A stretch of DNA of 64,000 nt from positions 42 through 64,041 of the forward strand of contig JAEWRE010000043.1 of assembly GCA_023460235.1 (NCBI GenBank), given 5' to 3'. The stretch's first letter is position 1. Each line of letters begins with the position of its first letter. Below are positions 18,944 through 28,005 of the stretch, piece by piece. The stretch comes from Bacillota bacterium (GTDB lineage Bacteria > Bacillota > Clostridia > TANB77 > CAG-465). Position numbers and translations under genes: made by a program. The notes under the pieces are model-generated. The model searched no databases and was not told where the DNA came from. It saw only the letters and a list, made by a program, of their open reading frames with translations.

Positions 18944-20041
18944 ATGGATTTAATATATTTAATAATAGATAAGGCAATTAGTTTAGATGCAACAGATATT
19001 CACTTAGCACCAGGCCTTGTTCCAGTTTATAGAATAAGTAGAAAATTATTTTTTGATGAAACTAAACTTCCACTTGATGAAGTTATATTAAATCAATTTT
19101 TAGACTATTTTTATGAAAAGAATAAAGGGTTAAAAGAAAAATTTGAATTAAAGAAGCAAGCTGACTTTTCTTATTCATATAAAGAAACAAGATTTAGAAT
19201 AAATGTATCAATAACAAAAGGAATACCAACATTTTCTATTAGAATAATACCAAATGGAGAGATAAAAGCTGATTCTCTAGGACTAAAAGATATTATTAGA
19301 AAAGTTCAAAGAGTTCATTCTGGGCTTGTATTAATTACAGGTAAGGTAAACTCAGGTAAATCAACTACAATGAATGCATTTTTACAAGAAGTAAATAGAA
19401 CAGAAAATAAAAAAATAGTAACTTTAGAAGATCCAATTGAGTATGAACATACTTCTCAAAAATCTATTGTAATTCAAAAAGAAATTGGAGAACAATCAGA
19501 TGTTATAAATTTTAATGCAGGACTTGTAAACTTATTAAGAGAAGATGCTGATATTACAGTTCTTGGAGAAATAAGAGACAGAAAAACAATGGATGTTGCA
19601 ATAGATCTTGCTGAATCTGGCGGACTTGTTATTGGAACATTACATACACGTTCTTGTGGTGAAACAATAGAAAGAATAATAAATATGTATGATCCAGGTG
19701 AACAAATGGCAATAAAAAATTCAATATCTTCAGTGCTTAAAATAGTTGTATCTCAAAAACTACTTGTTAGTACTAAAAATACACTAATACTTGTTCCTGA
19801 AATAATGGTTGTAAATAATACAATTGAAGCTCAAATAAGACAAGAAAAGTTTAGTGTATCTGATATAGAAGATTCAATTCATACACAAAAGGAAAATGGA
19901 TGTGTAAGTTATGAAAGCTCATTTGCTGATATGTATGCAAAAGGTCTACTTGATATGGCAACAGTTGTGGAAAATGTTGATCCTAACAGACTTAGTATAA
20001 TAAAAAATCTAATTGTAAGTTACGGTGGAGAAGTAACTTAA
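18944..20041 (+). CDS. pilT: Twitching/retraction ATPase of the PilT family (Walker A 'GKVNSGKSTT'; 365 aa).
   Basis: RBS AAGGGAG; size and motifs. Confidence 0.75.
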   Translation: MDLIYLIIDKAISLDATDIHLAPGLVPVYRISRKLFFDETKLPLDEVILNQFLDYFYEKNKGLKEKFELKKQADFSYSYKETRFRINVSITKGIPTFSIRIIPNGEIKADSLGLKDIIRKVQRVHSGLVLITGKVNSGKSTTMNAFLQEVNRTENKKIVTLEDPIEYEHTSQKSIVIQKEIGEQSDVINFNAGLVNLLREDADITVLGEIRDRKTMDVAIDLAESGGLVIGTLHTRSCGETIERIINMYDPGEQMAIKNSISSVLKIVVSQKLLVSTKNTLILVPEIMVVNNTIEAQIRQEKFSVSDIEDSIHTQKENGCVSYESSFADMYAKGLLDMATVVENVDPNRLSIIKNLIVSYGGEVT

Positions 20042-20073
20042 ACTAAATATTTTTACTTTTTAGGAGGTGTACA

Positions 20074-21411
20074 ATGCCAAATTACAAATATAGGGTCATT
20101 TTTGAAGACGGAAGAATTGGAAGAGGAAAAATAATTGCATCAAGTAGAATAAGTGCTATAGAAAAACTGAAAATGGAAAAAAATCAGCCTATTATGATAA
20201 AGAGAATGGGCGGAGAAAAGACTAAATATAATACAAGAGTTGACTATAGTAAATTAAAGAAACCTACCGTTGAAAGAAGAAAAAAGAAGAATAGACCAAA
20301 AATCAATATAATGAAATTAACTCTTGATGACCTAAAAAAATTGGACTTGCACCCTTTCGCAAGAGTAAAAACAAAAGATATTGTAACATTTGTAAACAAT
20401 ATATATATATTAAAAAAAGCAAAATTTAATAACGTTCAAGCATTAGAAGCTGTTTATCAAGGAACTGAAAATCCTGCATTTAAAGATATAGTTGAAGATT
20501 TATTAATTGGAGTTCAATCTGGTGAAAAATTAAACACTATAATGGAAGGCTATCCAAAAGTTTTTCCACCGATGTTTGTAAACTTTGTTAGGGTTGGAGA
20601 AGAGTCTGGTAATTTAGATACTGCTTTACTATATGCAAGAGATTATGTTGAATCATCTCAAAAATTAAATAAAAGAATAAAAGCAGCAATAATTCCTAGG
20701 GTATTACAATTTGTTGGTATAATGATTGCAATGTTTGTTGCGCTTATAATAGGTGTACCAATACTAAAAGATGTATATACGATGTTTGGTTCTGAGCAAG
20801 AAATTCCAAAAGCGACTATGATTGGATTTTCTATTGCAGAATGGTTAATAGCAAATTGGTATGTACCAACCATTATAATTGCATTGCTTGTTGGAGCATT
20901 TATATTTTATATTCGTACTCCAAGAGGCAGATATAATTGGGACAAATTCTTAGTCACAGGACCTGTAGTTGGTAAATTAATAGACAATATAATAGTTAGT
21001 AACTTCTTTCAAGCGATGTTACTAAACTTAAAAAATGGTATGAGAATTCAAGAAAGTCTTGAAGTATCTAAAAATGTAACTAACAATTATTATTTTCTAT
21101 CTGCAGTAGAAGCAGGTAAGGTAAACATACAATCAGGTGAATCGTGGATAGAACCATTTGATGAAAAGAATCTTTTTAAACCTATGGTATCAGAAATGTT
21201 AAACATAGGTATGAAAACTGAACTTTCTGAAATGATGGATAAAGTAAATGAATATATTAAGACAGAAATTGATGAGTCTCTTGCAAAATTTGTAAAAGTA
21301 CTACCAGATATTACTTATTTATTTGTTGGTATTGCAATGATAGCATTAGTTATTACAGTTGTAGTTCCACTTACAAATGTATATATGGGAGGATTTATTT
21401 CACTACAATAA
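20074..21411 (+). CDS. pilC: T4P platform protein of the PilC/GspF family (cytoplasmic N-terminal domains plus 3 TM segments).
   Basis: RBS AGGAGGTG; 445 aa; GspF-like topology. Confidence 0.75.
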   Translation: MPNYKYRVIFEDGRIGRGKIIASSRISAIEKLKMEKNQPIMIKRMGGEKTKYNTRVDYSKLKKPTVERRKKKNRPKINIMKLTLDDLKKLDLHPFARVKTKDIVTFVNNIYILKKAKFNNVQALEAVYQGTENPAFKDIVEDLLIGVQSGEKLNTIMEGYPKVFPPMFVNFVRVGEESGNLDTALLYARDYVESSQKLNKRIKAAIIPRVLQFVGIMIAMFVALIIGVPILKDVYTMFGSEQEIPKATMIGFSIAEWLIANWYVPTIIIALLVGAFIFYIRTPRGRYNWDKFLVTGPVVGKLIDNIIVSNFFQAMLLNLKNGMRIQESLEVSKNVTNNYYFLSAVEAGKVNIQSGESWIEPFDEKNLFKPMVSEMLNIGMKTELSEMMDKVNEYIKTEIDESLAKFVKVLPDITYLFVGIAMIALVITVVVPLTNVYMGGFISLQ

Positions 21412-21446
21412 TATAAAAAAATAAATAATCAAAGCAATAAATCAAA

Positions 21447-21480
21447 GTATCGTTAAAATACTTTGATTTATTTATATATA
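21447..21480. terminator. Bidirectional rho-independent terminator (AAATCAAAGTAT...ATACTTTGATTT) between convergent genes.
   Basis: 12-bp inverted repeat flanked by A/T runs. Confidence 0.6.
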
Positions 21481-21490
21481 TTTTATATTA

Positions 21491-21991
21491 TTATTGAGCT
21501 GCCGTTTTATTTTCTACAAATGTATTTGCAGGAGCCGTTATTTTTTGAATAGTACCTACTTGCAATACTGGCATAGTCCCGTTATAATCACCTTTTGTAA
21601 TTACACCTGTAATCTCTACCCATTCGTTATCTTTGAATTTTGCTGCATCCTTGTAAGAGCATAAAAATCCAGCAACAGTATCTTCACTATTTACAATTAC
21701 ATTTCTTCCACAAACAAAGTAAGTGTCTTTAAAATCAGGCATTCTAAAAACAAACCCACTTAGCTTTACTGTTTTACCAAGATTTGCATCTATATTATCG
21801 TGTACAGTCTTTAGAGTAGCAACAAAGTTATCTTCAGTTATAACATAATCATAATTTGTATTTGTTTTTGCATTTACACTGCTAACTCTGGTACTAGTAC
21901 CAAATTCTATTATTGTTACAACAATTAATGCTATTATTAAGCAAGTAATTAGTATTTTCTTAATATCAAGTTTAAAGTTTACAACAAACAT
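21491..21991 (-). CDS. Hypothetical membrane-anchored protein (N-terminal TM, 166 aa).
   Basis: RBS AAAGGTAAAGGA...GGTGAA upstream of the ATG; no recognisable family. Confidence 0.45.
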   Translation of the reverse strand: MFVVNFKLDIKKILITCLIIALIVVTIIEFGTSTRVSSVNAKTNTNYDYVITEDNFVATLKTVHDNIDANLGKTVKLSGFVFRMPDFKDTYFVCGRNVIVNSEDTVAGFLCSYKDAAKFKDNEWVEITGVITKGDYNGTMPVLQVGTIQKITAPANTFVENKTAAQ

Positions 21992-22199
21992 ATATTCACC
22001 AGTCCTTTACCTTTTAATACATGTATATTCAAAATAGATATTTATATGAAAAATAATATAAACAATTAAAATATAAAATACATATATTTTGTGTTAAATA
22101 GAATATAAAAATATTGCTATAACTCTAAATATATATAAATTTATTTGATTTTATGTATTTTTGTGATATAATATCTCTTGTAAAACTTTGGAGGTAAAC

Positions 22200-24968
22200 A
22201 TGAAATTAATTGAAAAAATATTTGGTTCATATAGTAAAAGAGAACTTTCAAAAATTGAGCCTATAGTAAATAAAATTTTAGCATTAGATGAAGATATGCA
22301 AAAATTAACAGATGATGAATTAAAAAATAAAACTAATGAATTCAAAGGAAGACTTTCAAAAGGCGAAACATTAGATGATATATTAGTAGAAGCATATGCA
22401 GTTGTTAGAGAAGCTAGTAATAGAGTATTTGAGAAAAAACCATTTAAGACTCAAGTTATAGGTGGAATAGTTCTTCATCAAGGAAGAATATCTGAAATGA
22501 AAACTGGTGAAGGTAAAACATTATGTGCTGCGTTTCCGTTATATTTAAATGCTCTTTTATCTAAAGGTTCACATTTAGTAACTGTAAATGATTATCTTGC
22601 AAAAAGCCAAGGAATTTTAATGGGTAAACTATATAAATTTTTAGGGTTATCAACAGGAATAGTTCTTTCTGGAATGACTCCAGATCAAAAAAAAGTTGCT
22701 TATGCATGTGATATTACTTATGGTACTAATAACGAATTCGGATTTGATTACCTAAGAGATAATATGGCAATGAGAAAAGAAGAAATGGTTCAAAGAGAAT
22801 TAAATTATGCTATTGTCGATGAAATAGATAGTATATTAATTGATGAAGCAAGAACACCTTTAATAATATCTGGTATGGTAAACAAAAAAAGCGATCTTTA
22901 TGAAAGAGCAGATAAGTTTGCAAAAGGACTTAGTGTAAGAACAATTGTTGAAAATGATGATAAAGTATATGATGCTAAAGATGAAGAATATGATTATATA
23001 GTTGATCTTAAGGCTCATACAGTAGCACTTACAGAAACAGGTACAAAAAAGGCTGAAAAATATTTTAGTATTACTTCATTAAGTGATTTTGATAATTTAG
23101 CTATATCTCATCACATTAATCAAGCAATTAGAGCTTATGGATTAATGAAAAAAGAAAAAGACTATATAGTTAAAGATGGAGAAGTTATAATTGTTGATGA
23201 ATTCACAGGAAGACTTATGAGTGGTAGAAGATATAGTGATGGACTACATCAAGCTATTGAAGCTAAAGAAGGTGTAAAAATTGCATCTGAGAGTCAAACA
23301 CTTGCTACTATTACTTTCCAAAACTACTTTAGATTATATTCTAAACTAGCAGGTATGACTGGTACTGCTAAAACTGAAGAAGATGAATTTAAAGGTATAT
23401 ACAAACTAGATGTAGTAGAAATACCTACAAATAAAGAAGTTATAAGACAAGATTTAAATGATGTAATATATAAGACTCAAAAAGCTAAATATAATGCAAT
23501 TGTTGAAGATGTAAAAGAAAGTTATGAAAAAGGACAACCAGTTCTTGTTGGTACAGTTTCAATTGATAAATCTGAAATAATTAGTAGTTTACTTTCAAAA
23601 GCAAAAGTTCCTCATCAAGTTTTAAATGCTAAATATCATGAAAAAGAAGCAGAAATTATTGCCCAAGCTGGTAAATACAAAACTGTAACAATTGCAACAA
23701 ATATGGCTGGACGTGGAACAGATATATTACTTGGAGGAAATGCTGAATTCTTAGTAAAAAAAGAACTTGAAAAATTAGGATATTCAAATGAAGTAATTGA
23801 GATGGCTGTGACTCCTATACATTATGAAAATGAAGAAGTTATAAAAGCAAAATCAGATATTGAAATTATTGAAAAAAAATTAAAACCAGAACTTGAAGAA
23901 GATCGTAAGAAAGTTATAGAAGCAGGCGGTTTAAAGATTATAGGTAGTGAAAGACATGAATCTAGAAGAATAGACAATCAGTTAAGAGGACGTGCTGGTC
24001 GTCAAGGTGATATAGGTCAAAGTAAGTTCTATATATCATTAGAAGATGACTTGATGAAACTATTTGGATCTGAAAGAATGATTTCAATGATTGAGATGCT
24101 AGGTCTTCCAGAAGATACACCTATTGAACAAAAAATGTTAAATGGTGCTATTGAGACAGCTCAAAAGAAAGTAGAAGGAAGAAACTACTCAATAAGAAAG
24201 AATGTACTTGAATATGACGATGTAATGAACAAACAAAGAGAAATTATATATTCTCAAAGAAGAGATGTTCTTAACGCGGAACATATAGATAATATCGTTA
24301 TTAATCTTGCTAAAGCAAAAACTAATAAAATAGTAAAAACATATTTTGATGATGCAGTTTCAATTGATGCAGTTGATTTTAGTTCACTAAACTCAGTTTT
24401 ATTAAATTTATTTGGTGAAGATAATATTTTGACTAAATCAGATATTGATATTATGGAAGTTGAAGATATTCAAAATATACTTATTGAAAAAATAAAAGCT
24501 ATATATGAATCTAAACATGAAGAAGCTAAGAAATTAAATTCAGAAGATGTTTTAAATGGCATAGAAAGATACTTAATTCTTAATACAGTAAATGAAAGAT
24601 GGATGGATCATATTGATAATATAACTGGTCTAAAAGAAGGAATTGGACTTAGAGCATATGCTCAAACAAATCCTATTGAAGCTTATAAGATTGAATGTTT
24701 CAATATGTTTGAAGAACTTATTGATACTATTCAAGAAGAATCTACAAAAGCAGTATTTTCTGTTAGACCAAATGTAAATAACAATCTACAAAAAGTTGTA
24801 CAACTTGAAAATGAGAGTTCTATTACAAATATTACAACTAATGAAAATGGAAGTAATGGAAAAGTAAAAAGAGAACCTATAAAAGTTGACAAAAAGATTG
24901 GTAGAAATGATCCATGTCCTTGTGGAAGTGGAAAGAAATACAAACAGTGTTGTGGAAAAGATGAATAA
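22200..24968 (+). CDS. secA: Preprotein translocase ATPase SecA (C-terminal Zn finger CPCGSGKKYKQCCG).
   Basis: ATG at 22200 with RBS GGAGG 5 nt upstream (the track TTG at 22188 is less likely). SecA motifs throughout; 922 aa. Confidence 0.95.
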   Translation: MKLIEKIFGSYSKRELSKIEPIVNKILALDEDMQKLTDDELKNKTNEFKGRLSKGETLDDILVEAYAVVREASNRVFEKKPFKTQVIGGIVLHQGRISEMKTGEGKTLCAAFPLYLNALLSKGSHLVTVNDYLAKSQGILMGKLYKFLGLSTGIVLSGMTPDQKKVAYACDITYGTNNEFGFDYLRDNMAMRKEEMVQRELNYAIVDEIDSILIDEARTPLIISGMVNKKSDLYERADKFAKGLSVRTIVENDDKVYDAKDEEYDYIVDLKAHTVALTETGTKKAEKYFSITSLSDFDNLAISHHINQAIRAYGLMKKEKDYIVKDGEVIIVDEFTGRLMSGRRYSDGLHQAIEAKEGVKIASESQTLATITFQNYFRLYSKLAGMTGTAKTEEDEFKGIYKLDVVEIPTNKEVIRQDLNDVIYKTQKAKYNAIVEDVKESYEKGQPVLVGTVSIDKSEIISSLLSKAKVPHQVLNAKYHEKEAEIIAQAGKYKTVTIATNMAGRGTDILLGGNAEFLVKKELEKLGYSNEVIEMAVTPIHYENEEVIKAKSDIEIIEKKLKPELEEDRKKVIEAGGLKIIGSERHESRRIDNQLRGRAGRQGDIGQSKFYISLEDDLMKLFGSERMISMIEMLGLPEDTPIEQKMLNGAIETAQKKVEGRNYSIRKNVLEYDDVMNKQREIIYSQRRDVLNAEHIDNIVINLAKAKTNKIVKTYFDDAVSIDAVDFSSLNSVLLNLFGEDNILTKSDIDIMEVEDIQNILIEKIKAIYESKHEEAKKLNSEDVLNGIERYLILNTVNERWMDHIDNITGLKEGIGLRAYAQTNPIEAYKIECFNMFEELIDTIQEESTKAVFSVRPNVNNNLQKVVQLENESSITNITTNENGSNGKVKREPIKVDKKIGRNDPCPCGSGKKYKQCCGKDE

Positions 24969-24973
24969 TGGGA

Positions 24974-25006
24974 AAGCCCTAGAATGTGTGAATTCTAGGG
25001 CTTTTT
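24974..25006 (+). terminator. Rho-independent terminator (AAGCCCTAGAAT...ATTCTAGGGCTT, then TTT).
   Basis: 12-bp GC-containing stem plus T-run just after the secA stop. Confidence 0.75.
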
Positions 25007-25183
25007 CAGACCGCAATACAAAAAAATAGTTTGTTAATATGAAGAAATTATTACACTTAATAACAAATATTTATATATTTTAACAAAATAATATATAAAG
25101 TATCAAAAATGTATAAAAAAGTATTGAAAAATGTTTTTGTTGATGTTAATCTATAATTATATAACTATGAGGTGTTTTTTTGT

Positions 25184-27916
25184 ATGAACAATATTAATAA
25201 AAAGATTGTGGCTCAACATAATATTACTTTAAAAAGTGGAATTTCACTTATAACATTGATAATCACTATAATTGTGATTATTATTCTTACATCTGTTATC
25301 TTAATATCCTTAAATCAAAGTAGCATCATGGCAAATGCAAAAGATGCCGTAATAGAAAATAATTTTTCGACAATACAGGAAGAGATAGAATATTATAAGT
25401 TAAATAAATATTATTCTGATCATACTACACTTGATCTATATCCACTGGAAAAAGATGAGGATGGAAATTATATCACTATGGATAATTTACCAGAAGAAAC
25501 TAAAAATAATTTACCAATGGAATTAAAGATGAATTTATATGATACTGAAAAGCATGAATTAGAGACATATAATAATCTTCCAGATATTAGTTATTTAGAC
25601 TACAAGAAATTTTATAAAATAGATACAAGTCTTTTAACTACAGCAGGAGCTTATGGTCAAGATTTATACATATATATATATGATTTAAAATATGTAGTAT
25701 TTAATATAAGCGGTATAAAATACAAAGGTAATACTGAATACAGTATTATACCTCTTGGAGGAGGAGGTAGTCCAGAATATATAGCACTTACAAATAATAC
25801 ATTTAGACTTGATACTGATGGTAATTTAAAAGTTCTTGGACAAATAAATTCAATAACTGGTGAAACCTCAGATGAATACAAAAAGTATAGTGGAATTAGA
25901 GAGTTTACTATACCTTCAGTGATTGAGAATCCTAGTGAAGTAAAAAAAGTATATTTTTCTTTAGGTACAGCATATGTAATCGATAAAGATGATAATTTAT
26001 GGGCATGGGGAAATAATCCATATAATAAGCTTGGGCTTGGAAACTCATTTACAATAACTGTCCCAAATAAGATAAATGAAAATATAAAAGTGAACAATGA
26101 AAGTATAAAAGTAAAAAATGTTTGGGCTGGTGTATCAAACACATGGATAGTGGATACAGAAAATAGGGTATGGGCTTGTGGAAGTAATACGAGCGGATCA
26201 TTTGGAATAGGAAATACTAATTACTATTCTGGATATATAAGAGTGGACAACTTAGATGGATCTAAAGTAAAAGAAATTATGCCTAATTTAAGTGATTCAA
26301 GGTATACTTTTGTGTTATATGATGATGGACGAGTTTTTGCATCTGGTTCTAATACATATGGAATTTTTGGTAAAAATAATACTACAAGTATTAAAACTTT
26401 TGAAGAATTAACAAGCTTCTATGGTGCAAAGAAAATTTTAGCAGGAGGAAATAGGACTACATTTATACTTAAAGATAATGGAGAACTTTATGGAGTTGGA
26501 AGTAATGTATTTGGAGGTCTAGGACTGCCAATAAGTGATAATACACTATATACAATTCCAGTAAAAATTGCATATAATGTTTCAGATATAAGCTATGTTG
26601 AATACTGGAGAGGAAGTGTGCGATATAAAACTGTAGATGGTGATATATATCAATCAGGTGTATTAAAATATGATAATTTAGGAGCACCACTATATGATCA
26701 ATACTTTAGAATGATAAATAATATTAATGATGTAGATTTATCTTTTGATTCAAATGAACTACTAATATCTAAAGGAAAGTTATATACAGTATTATATAAT
26801 TCTCAAGATGATCAATTGACAGCTACGGAGTATTCTACTTCATATTCAAATGTATCAAGTACGGAATCCTTTTATGGGATGAAGATTTTTAAGGCATCTG
26901 GAAAGCTGTATTTGGATTCATATCCAGATATAACTGCTGCAGGAAGTAGAGTAAGATTAACTCTAAAGAATGTATTTACAGGAGCTAAATTTGTACAAGG
27001 CGCAACAAATAATATAAGTATTGTAGATAAAAATTCTAATATATGGGAGAGTTTAACAAATAAAAATACTCAACTTTCGAATGTTAAGAAAATAATTTCT
27101 TCTAATACAGCCAAGTTTGCTCTTTTAAAAAATGGTGAACTCTATGCAAAAGGCGCTTCAACTACAGGTGGATGGGGAGATGCACTCGTAAAAACTAGTT
27201 ATACATTAATTACTAAAGATGGAACAACTCCTTTTAGTGTAAAAGATGTATATACATCAGTATATGGTAACAGTGCTATTTTCCTTACAAATGATAATGA
27301 ATTATATTGGTTTGGACATGATGCACATATATATCTACCTAATAAAGAAAATGGAGATATATTATATAATGACGGAAATTATGTTACAAAATATCCACAT
27401 AAAATAAATACTTTAGGATTAGATACTAATGTATTAACTAATATTGCTGATATAGTATATGATGTTAACTGGTCAGATTTTTATTCAAGAATTACATATG
27501 TATTAACAAATAGTGGAGAATTATATGTAACTGGAGATAGTTCCAAAACTACAGGACTTGGTAGTACTAGTACTAAATTTACCAAGATAACAGCATTTGG
27601 AAATGCAAAAGTAAAATCAATAAAATCATATCAAGGATGTACAATCGCATTGCTAGAAGATGGTAAAGTGTATGCCTGGGGATACAATACATATGGACAA
27701 TTTGGAGGTGGATATGTAATAGGAAATACCTATACAACACCACAAAGATTAAATATAAGCACTAACATAATAAAAATAACTTTAGGTGATGGATTTGCAC
27801 TTTTCTTAGCAAATGATGGAACTGTATATGGCAGTGGAAGAAATGAATATGGGCAACTTGGAAATGGTACTAATGTATCTATTGAAGGTTTTACGGAATG
27901 TAAGGAACTTGAATAA
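25184..27916 (+). CDS. Giant modular prepilin-like protein: class III-like signal (…NITLKSG|ISLITLIITIIVIIILTS) followed by a ~880-aa domain with at least 6 RCC1-like repeats (WGxNxxGQLGxG).
   Basis: ATG at 25184 with RBS GAGGTG 9 nt upstream. RCC1 signature repeated (AWGNNPYNKLGLGN, WACGSNTSGSFGIGN, YAWGYNTYGQFGGG, YGSGRNEYGQLGNG and others). Confidence 0.65.
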   Translation: MNNINKKIVAQHNITLKSGISLITLIITIIVIIILTSVILISLNQSSIMANAKDAVIENNFSTIQEEIEYYKLNKYYSDHTTLDLYPLEKDEDGNYITMDNLPEETKNNLPMELKMNLYDTEKHELETYNNLPDISYLDYKKFYKIDTSLLTTAGAYGQDLYIYIYDLKYVVFNISGIKYKGNTEYSIIPLGGGGSPEYIALTNNTFRLDTDGNLKVLGQINSITGETSDEYKKYSGIREFTIPSVIENPSEVKKVYFSLGTAYVIDKDDNLWAWGNNPYNKLGLGNSFTITVPNKINENIKVNNESIKVKNVWAGVSNTWIVDTENRVWACGSNTSGSFGIGNTNYYSGYIRVDNLDGSKVKEIMPNLSDSRYTFVLYDDGRVFASGSNTYGIFGKNNTTSIKTFEELTSFYGAKKILAGGNRTTFILKDNGELYGVGSNVFGGLGLPISDNTLYTIPVKIAYNVSDISYVEYWRGSVRYKTVDGDIYQSGVLKYDNLGAPLYDQYFRMINNINDVDLSFDSNELLISKGKLYTVLYNSQDDQLTATEYSTSYSNVSSTESFYGMKIFKASGKLYLDSYPDITAAGSRVRLTLKNVFTGAKFVQGATNNISIVDKNSNIWESLTNKNTQLSNVKKIISSNTAKFALLKNGELYAKGASTTGGWGDALVKTSYTLITKDGTTPFSVKDVYTSVYGNSAIFLTNDNELYWFGHDAHIYLPNKENGDILYNDGNYVTKYPHKINTLGLDTNVLTNIADIVYDVNWSDFYSRITYVLTNSGELYVTGDSSKTTGLGSTSTKFTKITAFGNAKVKSIKSYQGCTIALLEDGKVYAWGYNTYGQFGGGYVIGNTYTTPQRLNISTNIIKITLGDGFALFLANDGTVYGSGRNEYGQLGNGTNVSIEGFTECKELE

Positions 27917-27956
27917 TAAAGCATAGAGTAATATATATTAAAATTTAAACATAATA

Positions 27957-27996
27957 AAAACCAATTAAAATTAATAATAATTTTAATTGGTTTTTA
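27957..27996. terminator. Bidirectional terminator (AAAACCAATTAAAA...TTTTAATTGGTTTT).
   Basis: 14-bp inverted repeat between convergent genes. Confidence 0.6.
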
Positions 27997-28005
27997 TTTA
28001 ATTAT

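Noticed and set aside
22151-22345. 64-aa minus-strand ORF overlapping the secA start.
   Set aside because: Shadow ORF across the secA promoter and start.
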